From contig JARRMY010000001.1 of assembly GCA_037385505.1 (NCBI GenBank), positions 7,025 to 71,024 on the forward strand: a stretch of DNA of 64,000 nt, given 5' to 3'. The position numbers were made by a program, and so were the translations under genes. How positions within the stretch are numbered: the first letter of the stretch is position 1; the number at the start of each line of letters is the position of its first letter. The notes beneath the pieces were generated by a model. It did no database searches and was not told the origin of the DNA. It saw only the letters and a list, made by a program, of their open reading frames with translations. The DNA comes from Gammaproteobacteria bacterium. GTDB taxonomy: Bacteria; Pseudomonadota; Gammaproteobacteria; Chromatiales; Chromatiaceae. Shown here one piece after another: positions 28,691-39,175 of the stretch.

Positions 28691-29365
28691 GTGCTACTGC
28701 AAATTCCAGGGCTTTTGAACCGGCCCCAAATCGACAAGATCCACGAGATTACCGGTCGCGCGGGCTTCCAGGATGGCAAGGCGACAGCCGGCGTCGCGGC
28801 CAGACTGGTCAAGAACAACGAGGAGATGACGACCGACGAGCAGGCGCAGCAGCTGCTGAACCGGATTCTCATGAGCAGCCTCGGCCAGCAGCAGCGTTTC
28901 CATCTCGCGGCCATGCCGGCAAAGCTCGCGGATTTCATCATCGCGCGCTACAACCCCGAGATGCACTACGGCGATCATGTCGACGAACCCGTCATGGGTG
29001 GCCCGGGGCCCAAGTTCCGCACGGATATCTCCATGACGGTCTTCCTGACGCCGCCCGAGAGCTATGCTGGCGGCGAGCTCGTCATCAGGACGGCCTTTGG
29101 CGAAAATCGGGTCAAGCTGCCGGCCGGCGACGCCGTCATGTACCCCTCGTCGAGTCTGCATCATGTCGCGCGGGTCACGCGCGGGCAGCGTATTGTCGCC
29201 CTGACCTGGATCCAGAGCCAGGTGCGCGATCCGGCGCGGCGCGAGATTCTCTTCGACCTGGCCACCACGCGCGACCAGCTGCATGAACAGGAATCCGGCA
29301 GCGATCTGCACCAGCGTGTCGATCGCAGTTACGCCAACCTGCTCAGGATGTGGGCCGAGGTGTGA
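28691..29365 (+). CDS. Fe(II)/2-oxoglutarate-dependent oxygenase, PiuC/YbiX-like
   Basis: 224 aa. The N-terminus MLLQIPGLLNRPQIDKI resembles YbiX. HxD...H-type motif region (HYGDHVDE ... SSLHHV). Confidence 0.7.
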   Translation: MLLQIPGLLNRPQIDKIHEITGRAGFQDGKATAGVAARLVKNNEEMTTDEQAQQLLNRILMSSLGQQQRFHLAAMPAKLADFIIARYNPEMHYGDHVDEPVMGGPGPKFRTDISMTVFLTPPESYAGGELVIRTAFGENRVKLPAGDAVMYPSSSLHHVARVTRGQRIVALTWIQSQVRDPARREILFDLATTRDQLHEQESGSDLHQRVDRSYANLLRMWAEV

Positions 29366-30166
29366 TCACTCATCCCGGGTTCCGCCACGCTCGTTCGCGG
29401 ATCTGATCGCCCTGCAGATCTCCAGCGCCGCGTCCAGCAGCCTGGGCGCAGGGCGGTGCATGCGGTTGCTGTCGCTGCGGTAGACCGGCAGTCCGCCGGG
29501 ATTGAATGGCGCGAAGAAGGCGTCATCGCCGATCAGGATCGCGTCTGCCTCGAGCGCATGCAGGTACTCGCGGCTGACACTCGCGGACGCCAGGTCGCCG
29601 ATATCGACCGGGTTGTCGATACCGCACAGTTCAAGTGCATGCGGCAGCAGGTCACGCCTGCCGAGCACGATCAGCGGACGGTTCCAGAGCTGGTGAATCA
29701 TGCGGACCCTTTTGTCGCCCGTGCCGAGCCGCTCCAGGGCCTGGCGCTTCTGTTCGATGTCCCGGATGCTCCGCGCAGCCGCCTCGCCGGTTCCGAGGAG
29801 TTCGCCGAGGCTGCGGAGTTCCTCGACGAGCCCGTCGATGCTCACGGCTCCGGATGCGAATGTGGCGATGCCGCGTTCCTGCAGCCAGGCGAGATCCGAC
29901 GGCCTGATGCCGCTGCTCCAGTAGACCAGCAGGTCGGGTGCGAGACTGATGAGGCGTTCACGGTCGATGCCGGTCACGTCGCCGATGACAGGCAGCTGCC
30001 TGACCGTTTCGGGAAAATCGCTGAATGCCGCGACGCCGACCAGCTGTTCGCCGCCGCCGGCGAACCAGACCAGCTCGGTCGCATGCGGCGAGAGGGTCAC
30101 GACCCGCGCGGACTGCGCGGCCGGCACCCAGCCCGCCAGTGCCAGCAGGAGCAGGAGTCTCAGCAC
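29366..30166 (-). CDS. Periplasmic cobalamin/siderophore-type ABC substrate-binding protein (BtuF-like)
   Basis: GTG start. Signal peptide MLRLLLLLALAGWVPAAQSA followed by RVVTLSPHATELVWFAGGGEQLVGV. Confidence 0.65.
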   Translation of the reverse strand: MLRLLLLLALAGWVPAAQSARVVTLSPHATELVWFAGGGEQLVGVAAFSDFPETVRQLPVIGDVTGIDRERLISLAPDLLVYWSSGIRPSDLAWLQERGIATFASGAVSIDGLVEELRSLGELLGTGEAAARSIRDIEQKRQALERLGTGDKRVRMIHQLWNRPLIVLGRRDLLPHALELCGIDNPVDIGDLASASVSREYLHALEADAILIGDDAFFAPFNPGGLPVYRSDSNRMHRPAPRLLDAALEICRAIRSANERGGTRDE

Positions 30167-30708
30167 AGCCCCGCCATCTCGCGGTAGCGCTGCCAGTCGA
30201 AGGCCGGGCCGGGATCCGTCTTGCGCCCCGGCGCGATATCGCTGTGCCCCGTCACGCGTGCTGCGGTTATGGCGGGATAGAGGCTGCGAATACTGTGCGT
30301 GACCTCCGCCAGGGCAGAGTATTGCGCATCCGTGAACGGCTCTTCGTCGCTGCCTTCGAGCTCGATGCCGATGGAGAAGTCGTTGCAGTTTTCGCGACCC
30401 TCAAAGCATGAGGGGCCCGCATGCCAGGCGCGCTTGTCGAACGGCACGTATTGAACGATGTGGCCATCGCGCCGGATCAGGCAGTGGGCCGACACTTCCA
30501 GCGCATGAATCTGCGCAAAATAGGGGTGTGCATCGGGATCGAGCCGGTTGTGAAAGAGGTCATCGATCCACGGGCCGCCAAACTCTCCCGGAGGCAGGCT
30601 GATGTTATGGATCACGAGAAGATCGATGCCATCGCCATCGGGCCGCTCGTTGAAGTTGGGTGAAGGCGAGTGGCTCACACCCTGCAACCAGCCATCGATG
30701 ATCTTCAC
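30160..30708 (-). CDS. ampD: 1,6-anhydro-N-acetylmuramyl-L-alanine amidase
   Basis: The GTG at 30708 (GTGA overlap with the upstream stop, GGAGG 4 nt upstream) gives VKIIDGWL...SPNFNERPDG..IDLLVIHNISLPPGEFGG. Confidence 0.8.
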   Translation of the reverse strand: MKIIDGWLQGVSHSPSPNFNERPDGDGIDLLVIHNISLPPGEFGGPWIDDLFHNRLDPDAHPYFAQIHALEVSAHCLIRRDGHIVQYVPFDKRAWHAGPSCFEGRENCNDFSIGIELEGSDEEPFTDAQYSALAEVTHSIRSLYPAITAARVTGHSDIAPGRKTDPGPAFDWQRYREMAGLC

Positions 30709-31046
30709 GGCGCCTCCATGGCGGGTCGCCGCAGCGCCGTGTCGATGGCGTCGCGGATCGATTTCGGCGATGGTTGCGGCTGCAGTTCCCGATGAAATTC
30801 GCCGTCGCGGTAGAGATAGAGCGTCGGCAGGTGGAAAAAACCCAGCTCGTTGACGAGGGCAGGGTTCATCTGCGCATCGATCTCGAAGACGGCGACGTCT
30901 GTCCAGGACGCGATGAACTGCTCCAGTGCGCGCCTGAAGGCCTTGCAGGATCCGCAGGCCGGGCTCGTGAAACAGACCAGGGCGACCCCCGGCGTCTCCT
31001 CGAGGGTGTGGTGGTAATTGAACTGGTCCAGAGACGGAAGAGACAT
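30705..31046 (-). CDS. Thioredoxin-family protein
   Basis: 113 aa with FTSPACGSCKAF (CxxC). Confidence 0.7.
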   Translation of the reverse strand: MSLPSLDQFNYHHTLEETPGVALVCFTSPACGSCKAFRRALEQFIASWTDVAVFEIDAQMNPALVNELGFFHLPTLYLYRDGEFHRELQPQPSPKSIRDAIDTALRRPAMEAP

Positions 31047-31096
31047 GTGATCCTGCGTGAATTACAATGGCGCGCCAGGAAATTGCGGAGTTTATC

Positions 31097-31444
31097 ATGA
31101 GTGCGAGAATCACCGACTCGGGACTGAAAATCGAGGATCTTGAAGAGGGCAGCGGGGAAACCGCGACCACCGGCATGACCGTGACCGTGCACTACACGGG
31201 ATGGCTCGAGAACGGGACCAGGTTCGATTCCAGCCTGGATCGCAACGACCCGCTTCAATTCGGCCTCGGACGCGGCATGGTCATCCGTGGCTGGGACGAG
31301 GGTGTCGCCGGCATGAAGGTCGGTGGCAAGCGCAAGCTGACGATTCCGCCGCATCTGGGTTATGGCACAGCCGGCGCCGGCGGCGTGATTCCGCCCAACG
31401 CGACCCTGATCTTCGAAGTGGAGCTGCTCGACGTCGATGGCTGA
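31097..31444 (+). CDS. FKBP-type peptidyl-prolyl cis-trans isomerase
   Basis: The ATG at 31097 has GGAG 7 nt upstream. VTVHYTGWLENGTRFDSS and GVIPPNATLIFEVELL motifs. The longer ORF from 31067 lacks an SD. Confidence 0.85.
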   Translation: MSARITDSGLKIEDLEEGSGETATTGMTVTVHYTGWLENGTRFDSSLDRNDPLQFGLGRGMVIRGWDEGVAGMKVGGKRKLTIPPHLGYGTAGAGGVIPPNATLIFEVELLDVDG

Positions 31445-32291
31445 GACCTTTCCGCTTCCACCACGTGAGACCATCGTCGGCCAGGTCGGGAACGCTCTGG
31501 CCGAGGATATCGGCCCGGGTGACCTGACCGCCGCGCTGCTCGGCCAGGAGCTGCAGGCAACGGCGGTGGTGATCGCGCGGGAGGAGGGCATCCTGTGCGG
31601 CACGGCCTGGTTCGAGGAGGTCTTTCAGCAGGTCGATGCTGAAACCGGCATCGACTGGTTCCGGCACGACGGCGACCCGCTCGCTGTCGACAGCCAGGTG
31701 TGCAGGATTCGCGGTTCGGCGCGATCGCTGCTGTCGGCCGAGCGCGCCGCGCTCAATTTTCTGCAGACCCTGTCGGGAACGGCAACGGTCGTCAACAGCT
31801 ATGTCACGGAAGTCGAGGGCACCGGGGTTCGAATCCTCGACACGCGCAAGACGATTCCGGGCCTGCGGCTGGCGCAAAAATACGCCGTCTTGTGCGGCGG
31901 AGGCGCAAACCATCGCATCGGTCTCTACGATGCCGTCCTGATCAAGGAGAACCATATCCGCGCCGCGGGTTCGATCACGCAAGTGCTGCAGGAGGCGATC
32001 AGGCGTTTCCCGGACGTCGAGATCGAGATCGAGGTCGAATCACTCGAGGAGCTCGCCGAAGCCCTCGATGCGGGCGCCAGGCGCGTGCTGCTCGACAATT
32101 TTTCACGCCACGACCTGGAACACGCCGTCTCCGTCAACCGGGGCAGGGCGCGTCTCGAGGTCTCCGGCAATGTCACGCGCGAGACACTCCGGGCGCTCGC
32201 GGAAACCGGCATCGACGACATCTCCATCGGCGCGCTGACGAAGCATCTCAGGGCCTTCGATTTCTCGATGCTGTTCGTGGATGCGGACTGA
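31437..32291 (+). CDS. nadC: Nicotinate-nucleotide pyrophosphorylase (carboxylating)
   Basis: 284 aa with ILDTRKTIPGLR and VLIKENHI motifs. Confidence 0.9.
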   Translation: MAETFPLPPRETIVGQVGNALAEDIGPGDLTAALLGQELQATAVVIAREEGILCGTAWFEEVFQQVDAETGIDWFRHDGDPLAVDSQVCRIRGSARSLLSAERAALNFLQTLSGTATVVNSYVTEVEGTGVRILDTRKTIPGLRLAQKYAVLCGGGANHRIGLYDAVLIKENHIRAAGSITQVLQEAIRRFPDVEIEIEVESLEELAEALDAGARRVLLDNFSRHDLEHAVSVNRGRARLEVSGNVTRETLRALAETGIDDISIGALTKHLRAFDFSMLFVDAD

Positions 32292-32514
32292 TGGCGGCCG
32301 GTTCTCCCGACCCTTGCTTGCGGCCAGGCAGGCGACACGCGATGCATCCCGGATTGCCCGGCATGGCAGGCAGCCTTGATTTACTGCTACCACCCCCCAT
32401 ATATGGCACCTCGAGGCGTGTCCTTCGGCACGGCATCGATTATCATGCGGGCTCGCAGCAGCAGTCCCGGGCCCGCGCAGGGCTCCAACCACAGCTTTTT
32501 CACTGACAGATTCC

Positions 32515-34092
32515 ATGGCATTTTCCGATGAAGTCGCCGCACGGCGAACCTTTGCGATCATCTCCCACCCCGACGCCGGCAAGACCACGCTGACGGAAAA
32601 ACTGCTGCTGTTCGGCGGCGCGATCCAGCTTGCCGGCACCGTCAAGGGCCGCAAGGCGGCACGTCACGCCACCTCGGACTGGATGGAGCTCGAGAAGGAA
32701 CGCGGCATCTCCGTGACCTCGTCGGTCATGCAGTTTCCCTACAAGGGACACATCATGAACCTGCTCGACACGCCGGGGCACGCCGACTTCTCGGAGGATA
32801 CCTACCGCACATTGACGGCCGTCGACTCCGCGCTGATGGTGATCGATGTCGCCAAGGGCGTCGAGGAGCGCACGATCAAGCTCATGGAGGTGTGCCGCAT
32901 GCGCGACACCCCGATCCTGACGTTCGTCAACAAGCTCGACCGCGAGGGCCGCGAGCCCATCGAGATCATGGACGAGGTCGAGGAGGTGCTGAAGATCCGG
33001 TGTGCGCCAGTGACCTGGCCGATCGGCATGGGCAAGCGCTTCGTCGGCGTTTTCGACCTGCGCTCCGGCACGACGCGCCTGTTCGACACGCGCGAGGGAG
33101 AGCGCAGGCATGCCGGAAAGATCATCCAGGGGCTCGACAACCCGGAACTCGACGAGGCCATCGGCGGCATGGCCGACGAGTTGCGCGAGGAGATCGAGCT
33201 CGTGCGCGGCGCGAGTCATGAACTCGATCTCGAGGCTTATGCCAGGGGCGAGCTGACGCCCGTCTTTTTCGGCTCGGCGATCAACAATTTCGGCGTCGAG
33301 GAACTGCTCGACGCCTTCTCCGCCTATGCCCCCGGCCCGAAGCCACGCGCCGCCGGCAGCCGCACCGTCGAGCCGACGGAGGAGAAGTTCACTGGCTTCG
33401 TGTTCAAGATCCAGGCCAACATGGACCCGGCGCACCGCGATCGTGTCGCTTTTCTGCGCGTCTGTTCCGGCAGCTACAGGAAGGGCATGAAAATGCGCCA
33501 TGTGCGCATCGGCAAGTCGATCCAGGTCAGCAACGCCATCACCTTCCAGGCCGACGAACGCAAGCAGGTCGAGGAGGCTTTTCCAGGCGACATCATCGGC
33601 CTGCACAACCACGGCACGATCCAGATCGGGGATACCTTCACGGAAGGCGAGGAGCTGAAGTACGCAGGCATTCCCTATTTCGCGCCCGAACTGTTTCGAC
33701 GCGTCGTGCTAAAAGATCCATTAAAAATGAAGCAGTTACAGAAAGGAGTTCTTCAACTTTGTGAGGAAGGTGCGACACAGGTCTTCCGGCCGCTCAAGAA
33801 CAATGACATGATTCTCGGCGCAGTCGGCGTTCTGCAGTTCGATGTCGCCGTGCACCGACTGAGGGGAGAGTATGGTGTCGAGGCCATCGTCGAGCCGGTT
33901 TCCGTCGCCACGGCACGCTGGATCGAATGTGACGACGACAAGATGCTCCAGCAGTTCAGAACAAAAAACCATGACAACCTGGCGCTGGATGGCGATGACC
34001 AGCTCGTCTACCTGGCGCCCACGCGCGTCAATCTGAATCTTGCGCAGGAGCGCTGGCCGGATGTGCGCTTCCTGGCGTCCAGGGAGCTTTGA
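32515..34092 (+). CDS. prfC: Peptide chain release factor 3
   Basis: 525 aa with GTPase motifs [24 protein letters not shown] and NKLD. Confidence 0.95.
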   Translation: MAFSDEVAARRTFAIISHPDAGKTTLTEKLLLFGGAIQLAGTVKGRKAARHATSDWMELEKERGISVTSSVMQFPYKGHIMNLLDTPGHADFSEDTYRTLTAVDSALMVIDVAKGVEERTIKLMEVCRMRDTPILTFVNKLDREGREPIEIMDEVEEVLKIRCAPVTWPIGMGKRFVGVFDLRSGTTRLFDTREGERRHAGKIIQGLDNPELDEAIGGMADELREEIELVRGASHELDLEAYARGELTPVFFGSAINNFGVEELLDAFSAYAPGPKPRAAGSRTVEPTEEKFTGFVFKIQANMDPAHRDRVAFLRVCSGSYRKGMKMRHVRIGKSIQVSNAITFQADERKQVEEAFPGDIIGLHNHGTIQIGDTFTEGEELKYAGIPYFAPELFRRVVLKDPLKMKQLQKGVLQLCEEGATQVFRPLKNNDMILGAVGVLQFDVAVHRLRGEYGVEAIVEPVSVATARWIECDDDKMLQQFRTKNHDNLALDGDDQLVYLAPTRVNLNLAQERWPDVRFLASREL

Positions 34093-34139
34093 GAAAAGTC
34101 CGCCGCAAAAGGAGGATAGTGTGATTCCGGTGTGAGCAT

Positions 34140-34227
34140 AAAAAAGGCGCGGCAGGGATGCCGCGCCAAGTACCACCAAAGGAGGATGGAGGAATATACG
34201 CTGATAAAGGAGGAAGAATCAGCGTAT
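34140..34227 (-). ncRNA. Candidate small RNA with three UCCUCC (anti-SD-like) motifs
   Basis: On the minus strand there is an 11-bp hairpin (34195-34205/34218-34228) with loop UCUUCCUCCUUU. This is followed by UUCCUCCAUCCUCC, then a 9-bp GC hairpin (34146-34154/34159-34167) plus UUUUUU. A promoter-like element lies just upstream. Confidence 0.4.
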
Positions 34228-34233
34228 AAGTAG

Positions 34234-34262
34234 ATACTAATATGCTTGATTGGCCAAGTCAA
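34234..34262 (-). promoter_or_regulatory. Candidate sigma70 promoter for the minus-strand sRNA
   Basis: On the minus strand: TTGACT (34262-34257), 17-nt spacer, TAGTAT (34239-34234). Confidence 0.4.
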
Positions 34263-34279
34263 GTTCTCCTGGTTGATAA

Positions 34280-35397
<1,118 letters not shown>

Positions 35398-35398
<1 letters not shown>

Positions 35399-36270
35399 TG
35401 TTCGCGACGCTGTTTGCCATCATCTTCCCGGTCTTCGCGGTCTCGACCCTCGGCTACCTCTATGCGCGCTGGCGTCATACCGAGCTCGGAGACGCCAACC
35501 GCATCAACATGGAGCTTTTCATCCCGGCGCTGATCTTCTCGGTCATGTCGGATCGCAGCTTCGATGTCACGGATTACGGCAACCTGGCGCTCGCGGCAAT
35601 GCTGGTCGTGCTGTTGCCGGGTATCGTCGGCTGGCCGGTCGCAAGACTCATGCGCGTGCAGCACAAGACTTTCGTGCCGCCGCTGATGTTCAACAACTCC
35701 GGCAACATGGGATTGCCGCTGGCGGTCTTCGCTTTCGGCGAGGAGGCGTTGCCGATCGCCATGGTGCTGTTCATGGTGGAAAACACGCTGCACTTCACGG
35801 TCGGCAACTGGATGCTGATCGGCAGGCTGCGGCCGTCACAGCTGCTGAAGTCACCGATGCTCTGGGCGACCTTTCTCGGCATCGCCTTCAACATCCTGGA
35901 CCTCTCCTTGCCCAAACCGCTGAACGACTCCATCAGCCTCGTCGGGCAGGTCGCGATTCCCCTGATGCTGTTCGCGCTTGGTGTGCGGGTCGCCCAGACG
36001 CATATCACGGAGTGGAAACTTGCGATCGTTGCGGCGCTGATCGTCCCTGTGACCGGCATCGGAATCGCGCTCGGCGCCAATGCACTGTTCGAGCTCGGTC
36101 CGCAACAGGCCGCGCAGCTGCTGCTGTTCAGCGTGCTGCCGCCAGCCGTGCTGAACTACATGCTGGCCGAGCAGTTCCGGCAGGAGCCAGAAAAGGTCGC
36201 CTCCATCGTGCTGCTGGGCAATCTCTCGGCGATCGTGACGGTGCCTGCCGTCCTCTATTTCATACTCTGA
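35398..36270 (+). CDS. AEC (auxin efflux carrier) family transporter
   Basis: The ATG at 35398 overlaps the tgt stop (TGATG). MFATLFAIIFPVFAVSTLGYLYARW, about 10 TM. Confidence 0.7.
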
Positions 36271-36277
36271 GTCCGAC

Positions 36278-36805
36278 ATGAAAATCCTGCTGAAAATCCT
36301 CATCACCATCGTCCTGCTTTTCGTCGTCACCGGGCTGCTGCTCCCGTCGCAGGTGCACGTCGAGCGGAGTATCCACATCGATGCGCCGGCGGTGACGGTT
36401 TTTCCCTACCTCAACGACCTGCGGGCATTCAACCGCTGGTCGCCATGGGCTGGCAGGGATCCCGACGCCAGCTATGACTTCTCCGGGGCCGAGTCCGGTG
36501 TCGGGATGAGGATGCGCTGGTACAGCGAGCAGCCCGATGCCGGCAGCGGCAGTCTGGTGATCATCGCCAGCGTGCCGGATGAATCCGTCACGATGGCACT
36601 CGATTTCGGGGACATGGGGCAGGCGCAGTCGACGCTCGCGATTACGCCGGAAGATGAGGGGGCAAGGGTCACATGGTCATTCGACGAGGAGCTCTCCTGG
36701 AACCCGATTCATCGCTGGACCGGACTGGCCATGGAGTCGCTGCTCGGCCCGGATTATGCGCAGGGACTGGCCAATCTCAAGAAGCTGGTCGAAGCCGAGA
36801 GCTGA
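36278..36805 (+). CDS. SRPBCC (START/polyketide-cyclase-like) family protein with N-terminal anchor
   Basis: 175 aa with an N-terminal hydrophobic segment followed by VERSIHIDAPAVTVFPYLNDLRAFNRWSPW. Confidence 0.55.
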   Translation: MKILLKILITIVLLFVVTGLLLPSQVHVERSIHIDAPAVTVFPYLNDLRAFNRWSPWAGRDPDASYDFSGAESGVGMRMRWYSEQPDAGSGSLVIIASVPDESVTMALDFGDMGQAQSTLAITPEDEGARVTWSFDEELSWNPIHRWTGLAMESLLGPDYAQGLANLKKLVEAES

Positions 36806-36835
36806 GCACCGGCCGGCCGGGCGAGCCGGAAGCCA

Positions 36836-38410
36836 TCACCCCTGCGTCTTGTCACCGGAAGAGGCTGAAGCCTCACCGGGCTTGCGCTCTTCGGAGTCTT
36901 CCGCCGGCAATGTCCCGGCCTGCGCCTGCTTTTCTGTAAAGAGGGTTTCCGCAGCGGTCACCGGGTTCTTCTGGAGTTCGACCATGTCGGCGCCCGACGG
37001 ATTCGTGAAGCGGTCATTGAGCTTCTGTACGTAGGTATCGCTGTTCTGACGGACCCTGTGCAGCCGCTTGCGCGTGAAGCCGGTCCAGCCGGCCGGATGC
37101 TTGCTGAAGATCGAGTGCAGCCAGCCGGTGCTCTTTCTGAATGCGCCCGGCAGGTCGAGTCTGTTGCCGAAGGCTTCTGCTGCACGTCTGACCGCACCCG
37201 AGAGGCTTTTGGCCGCCAGCGATCGCATCAGGAAATGAATGACGAGCACGATCGCGGCGATGATGACCAGTGTCAGGGTGATGTCGAGGAGGCCGTCGCC
37301 GGTGGAGAAGGGCAGGCCGAAACCTGTCCCGGCAGCGATCATGCCGCCGACGACCACGCCGGCGACGAGGCTCAGGACAATCGCATCGAGTATCAGGGTG
37401 CGTTTCTTCCAGGTCTCGAGCAATTTTCCGAGTGCGGGAATCGCGCCGGTCTCGATCTCCCTGGCGATATTGTCCAGCGCCGCGACGATGCGGTAGGCGC
37501 GTTCCACCTCGACCTGCTCCATGCGGCTGTGGATTTCGCCGAGGTCGGCGTCGCGCTTGGACTCGAAACGCTGGCGCAGGGCACTGTTGTCGATCGGCAC
37601 GGCGGCATCCGGGCTGTAGATGGTATAGAAACGGCCGGCGGTCAGCCCGCGCTCGCCAAGCGCCCGCTGCCAGGCTGCGACCACTTCCTCGGGGTTGTCC
37701 TCGCGCGCGGCCGTGTCGAGCTGGTTCAGTATGTAGAGAAACTTGCCAGAGTCTGACCTCGAGATGGTATTGGTGACCAGATGATCCAGGGTGTCGCGCA
37801 TTGCGCCGGGCTCCGGATGACGCGCATCGAAGAAGACCAGGACCAGGTCGGAGAGATCGATGATGTGATCCGTGATGCGCAGTGTCGATGTGCGCTGCGC
37901 GTCTGCATCGAAGCCCGGGGAGTCGATCAGGATCTTGCCGCGGATGCGCTCCGCGCTGCAGGTTTTCATCTGCAGGTAGGCATCGATGCGCTTGCCTTCG
38001 CCCTCGGCGACCTCTTCGATGTCATGGCTGATGCGATAGAACGGGAAGCGCGGATCGGAATCGAGCGCGACCCCCGGAAGGGCGTGGCCGGAGGATTCCC
38101 TGCTGTAGCAGATGACCGTGAACTTGTCATCGACGGCCTGGTTCCCGCTTCTTTGCAGTTTCTGCTTTAGAAAATGGTTGATGAATGTTGATTTTCCTGC
38201 AGAAAATGTCCCCAAAACCGAAATTAACGGCCACCAGGTGATTTTGGTCGCGAAGGATTCCTCCCGCTCCAGCAGGCCCGTCTTGTAACCGACCTTGTCG
38301 AGATCCTTGAACGAGTGGATTGCTTCGATAAGCACCGGGTTTTCGTCCTTCAGGTGTTTTTCGAGCTGTTCCAGGCGAGTGGCGATCGGGCTGGTGTGTT
38401 TGGTCATCAT
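36836..38410 (-). CDS. Dynamin-family GTPase with C-terminal membrane hairpin (bacterial dynamin-like protein)
   Basis: P-loop GTFSAGKSTFINHFL, ILIDSPGFDA, VLVFFDARHPEPG. Two hydrophobic helices near residues 375-430. The start is taken at MMTKHT (AGGA 6 nt upstream); the ORF is open to 38449. Confidence 0.7.
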   Translation of the reverse strand: MMTKHTSPIATRLEQLEKHLKDENPVLIEAIHSFKDLDKVGYKTGLLEREESFATKITWWPLISVLGTFSAGKSTFINHFLKQKLQRSGNQAVDDKFTVICYSRESSGHALPGVALDSDPRFPFYRISHDIEEVAEGEGKRIDAYLQMKTCSAERIRGKILIDSPGFDADAQRTSTLRITDHIIDLSDLVLVFFDARHPEPGAMRDTLDHLVTNTISRSDSGKFLYILNQLDTAAREDNPEEVVAAWQRALGERGLTAGRFYTIYSPDAAVPIDNSALRQRFESKRDADLGEIHSRMEQVEVERAYRIVAALDNIAREIETGAIPALGKLLETWKKRTLILDAIVLSLVAGVVVGGMIAAGTGFGLPFSTGDGLLDITLTLVIIAAIVLVIHFLMRSLAAKSLSGAVRRAAEAFGNRLDLPGAFRKSTGWLHSIFSKHPAGWTGFTRKRLHRVRQNSDTYVQKLNDRFTNPSGADMVELQKNPVTAAETLFTEKQAQAGTLPAEDSEERKPGEASASSGDKTQG

Positions 38411-38624
38411 GGCTGTCCTGATGCTTCTGTTTTTGCGGAATTCAAACATACTGTTTACGAATCACAGCTGCAACTCTGTTTTCTGAAGAAAGCCTTGCAG
38501 TGGCGTTGCCAATTGGGCAATACTCCCCATTCTGCGACCGGTTGACCGCCTGTGTCCCGGGGGGCGAAAAATCCGTCTACCTGCAATATCAAAACCAACT
38601 ATTAACCAAGTGGAGAAGTAAGAC

Positions 38625-39020
38625 ATGTCTGCATTGTTTTCCGATGAGTGGATGAAGGGCTTTATGGAAAAGTGGAACGCTGAGGGGGACCTTTCGGGAG
38701 CTCTGGCGGAAATCGGCTTCAACAGCACGATCGGCTACGGTTTTCCGGATGACGGCCAACCTACGGGCGTTCTTGTCGTCGAGAATGGCAAAGCCGTATC
38801 GGCGGGCGCCTACAATGGCGAAGAACTCAACTGGGATATCCGCGCCAGCGATGCGCAATGGAACAAGTGGATCTCCAAGCCGCCCGGCATGATGGGACTG
38901 GGCACTGCCTTTGCCTCGGGCAAGATGAAATTCAAGGTTGGCGACTACAGCGCCATGCTCAAGGATCCCCGCATGGCTGGACCGTTCATCAAGAGTTTTT
39001 CAGTCATGGCGCGCGTCTAA
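38625..39020 (+). CDS. SCP2 sterol-binding-domain-like protein
   Basis: 131 aa. GGAGAAG lies upstream of the ATG. C-terminal GKMKFKVGDYSAMLKDPRMAGPFIKSF resembles SCP2. Confidence 0.5.
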   Translation: MSALFSDEWMKGFMEKWNAEGDLSGALAEIGFNSTIGYGFPDDGQPTGVLVVENGKAVSAGAYNGEELNWDIRASDAQWNKWISKPPGMMGLGTAFASGKMKFKVGDYSAMLKDPRMAGPFIKSFSVMARV

Positions 39021-39175
39021 GAATCAAGCCATTGCTTTTGATTCTTCAAGAAATATAAAATAGCGGGCGCACAATGCGCCCGCACAAGGCTTGTTTTCCA
39101 CTCGTTACGGTGGCTTCCTGTTTGTATTCCATTCATTTGGGACAAGCCCATGCAATCAATACCGGAGTAGTGGTA

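Noticed and set aside
34107-34230. Plus-strand CsrB/RsmY/RsmZ-type decoy RNA, or mini-ORFs behind the GGAGGA repeats (for example a 4-codon GTG ORF at about 34121 and a 15-codon ATG ORF at 34186).
   Set aside because: On the plus strand there is no U-run after the strong hairpin and I could not find a convincing promoter or GacA box. The mini-ORF starts have implausible SD spacing (0-4 nt or more than 25 nt). The plus-strand reading is not fully excluded and is noted as an alternative in the sRNA finding.
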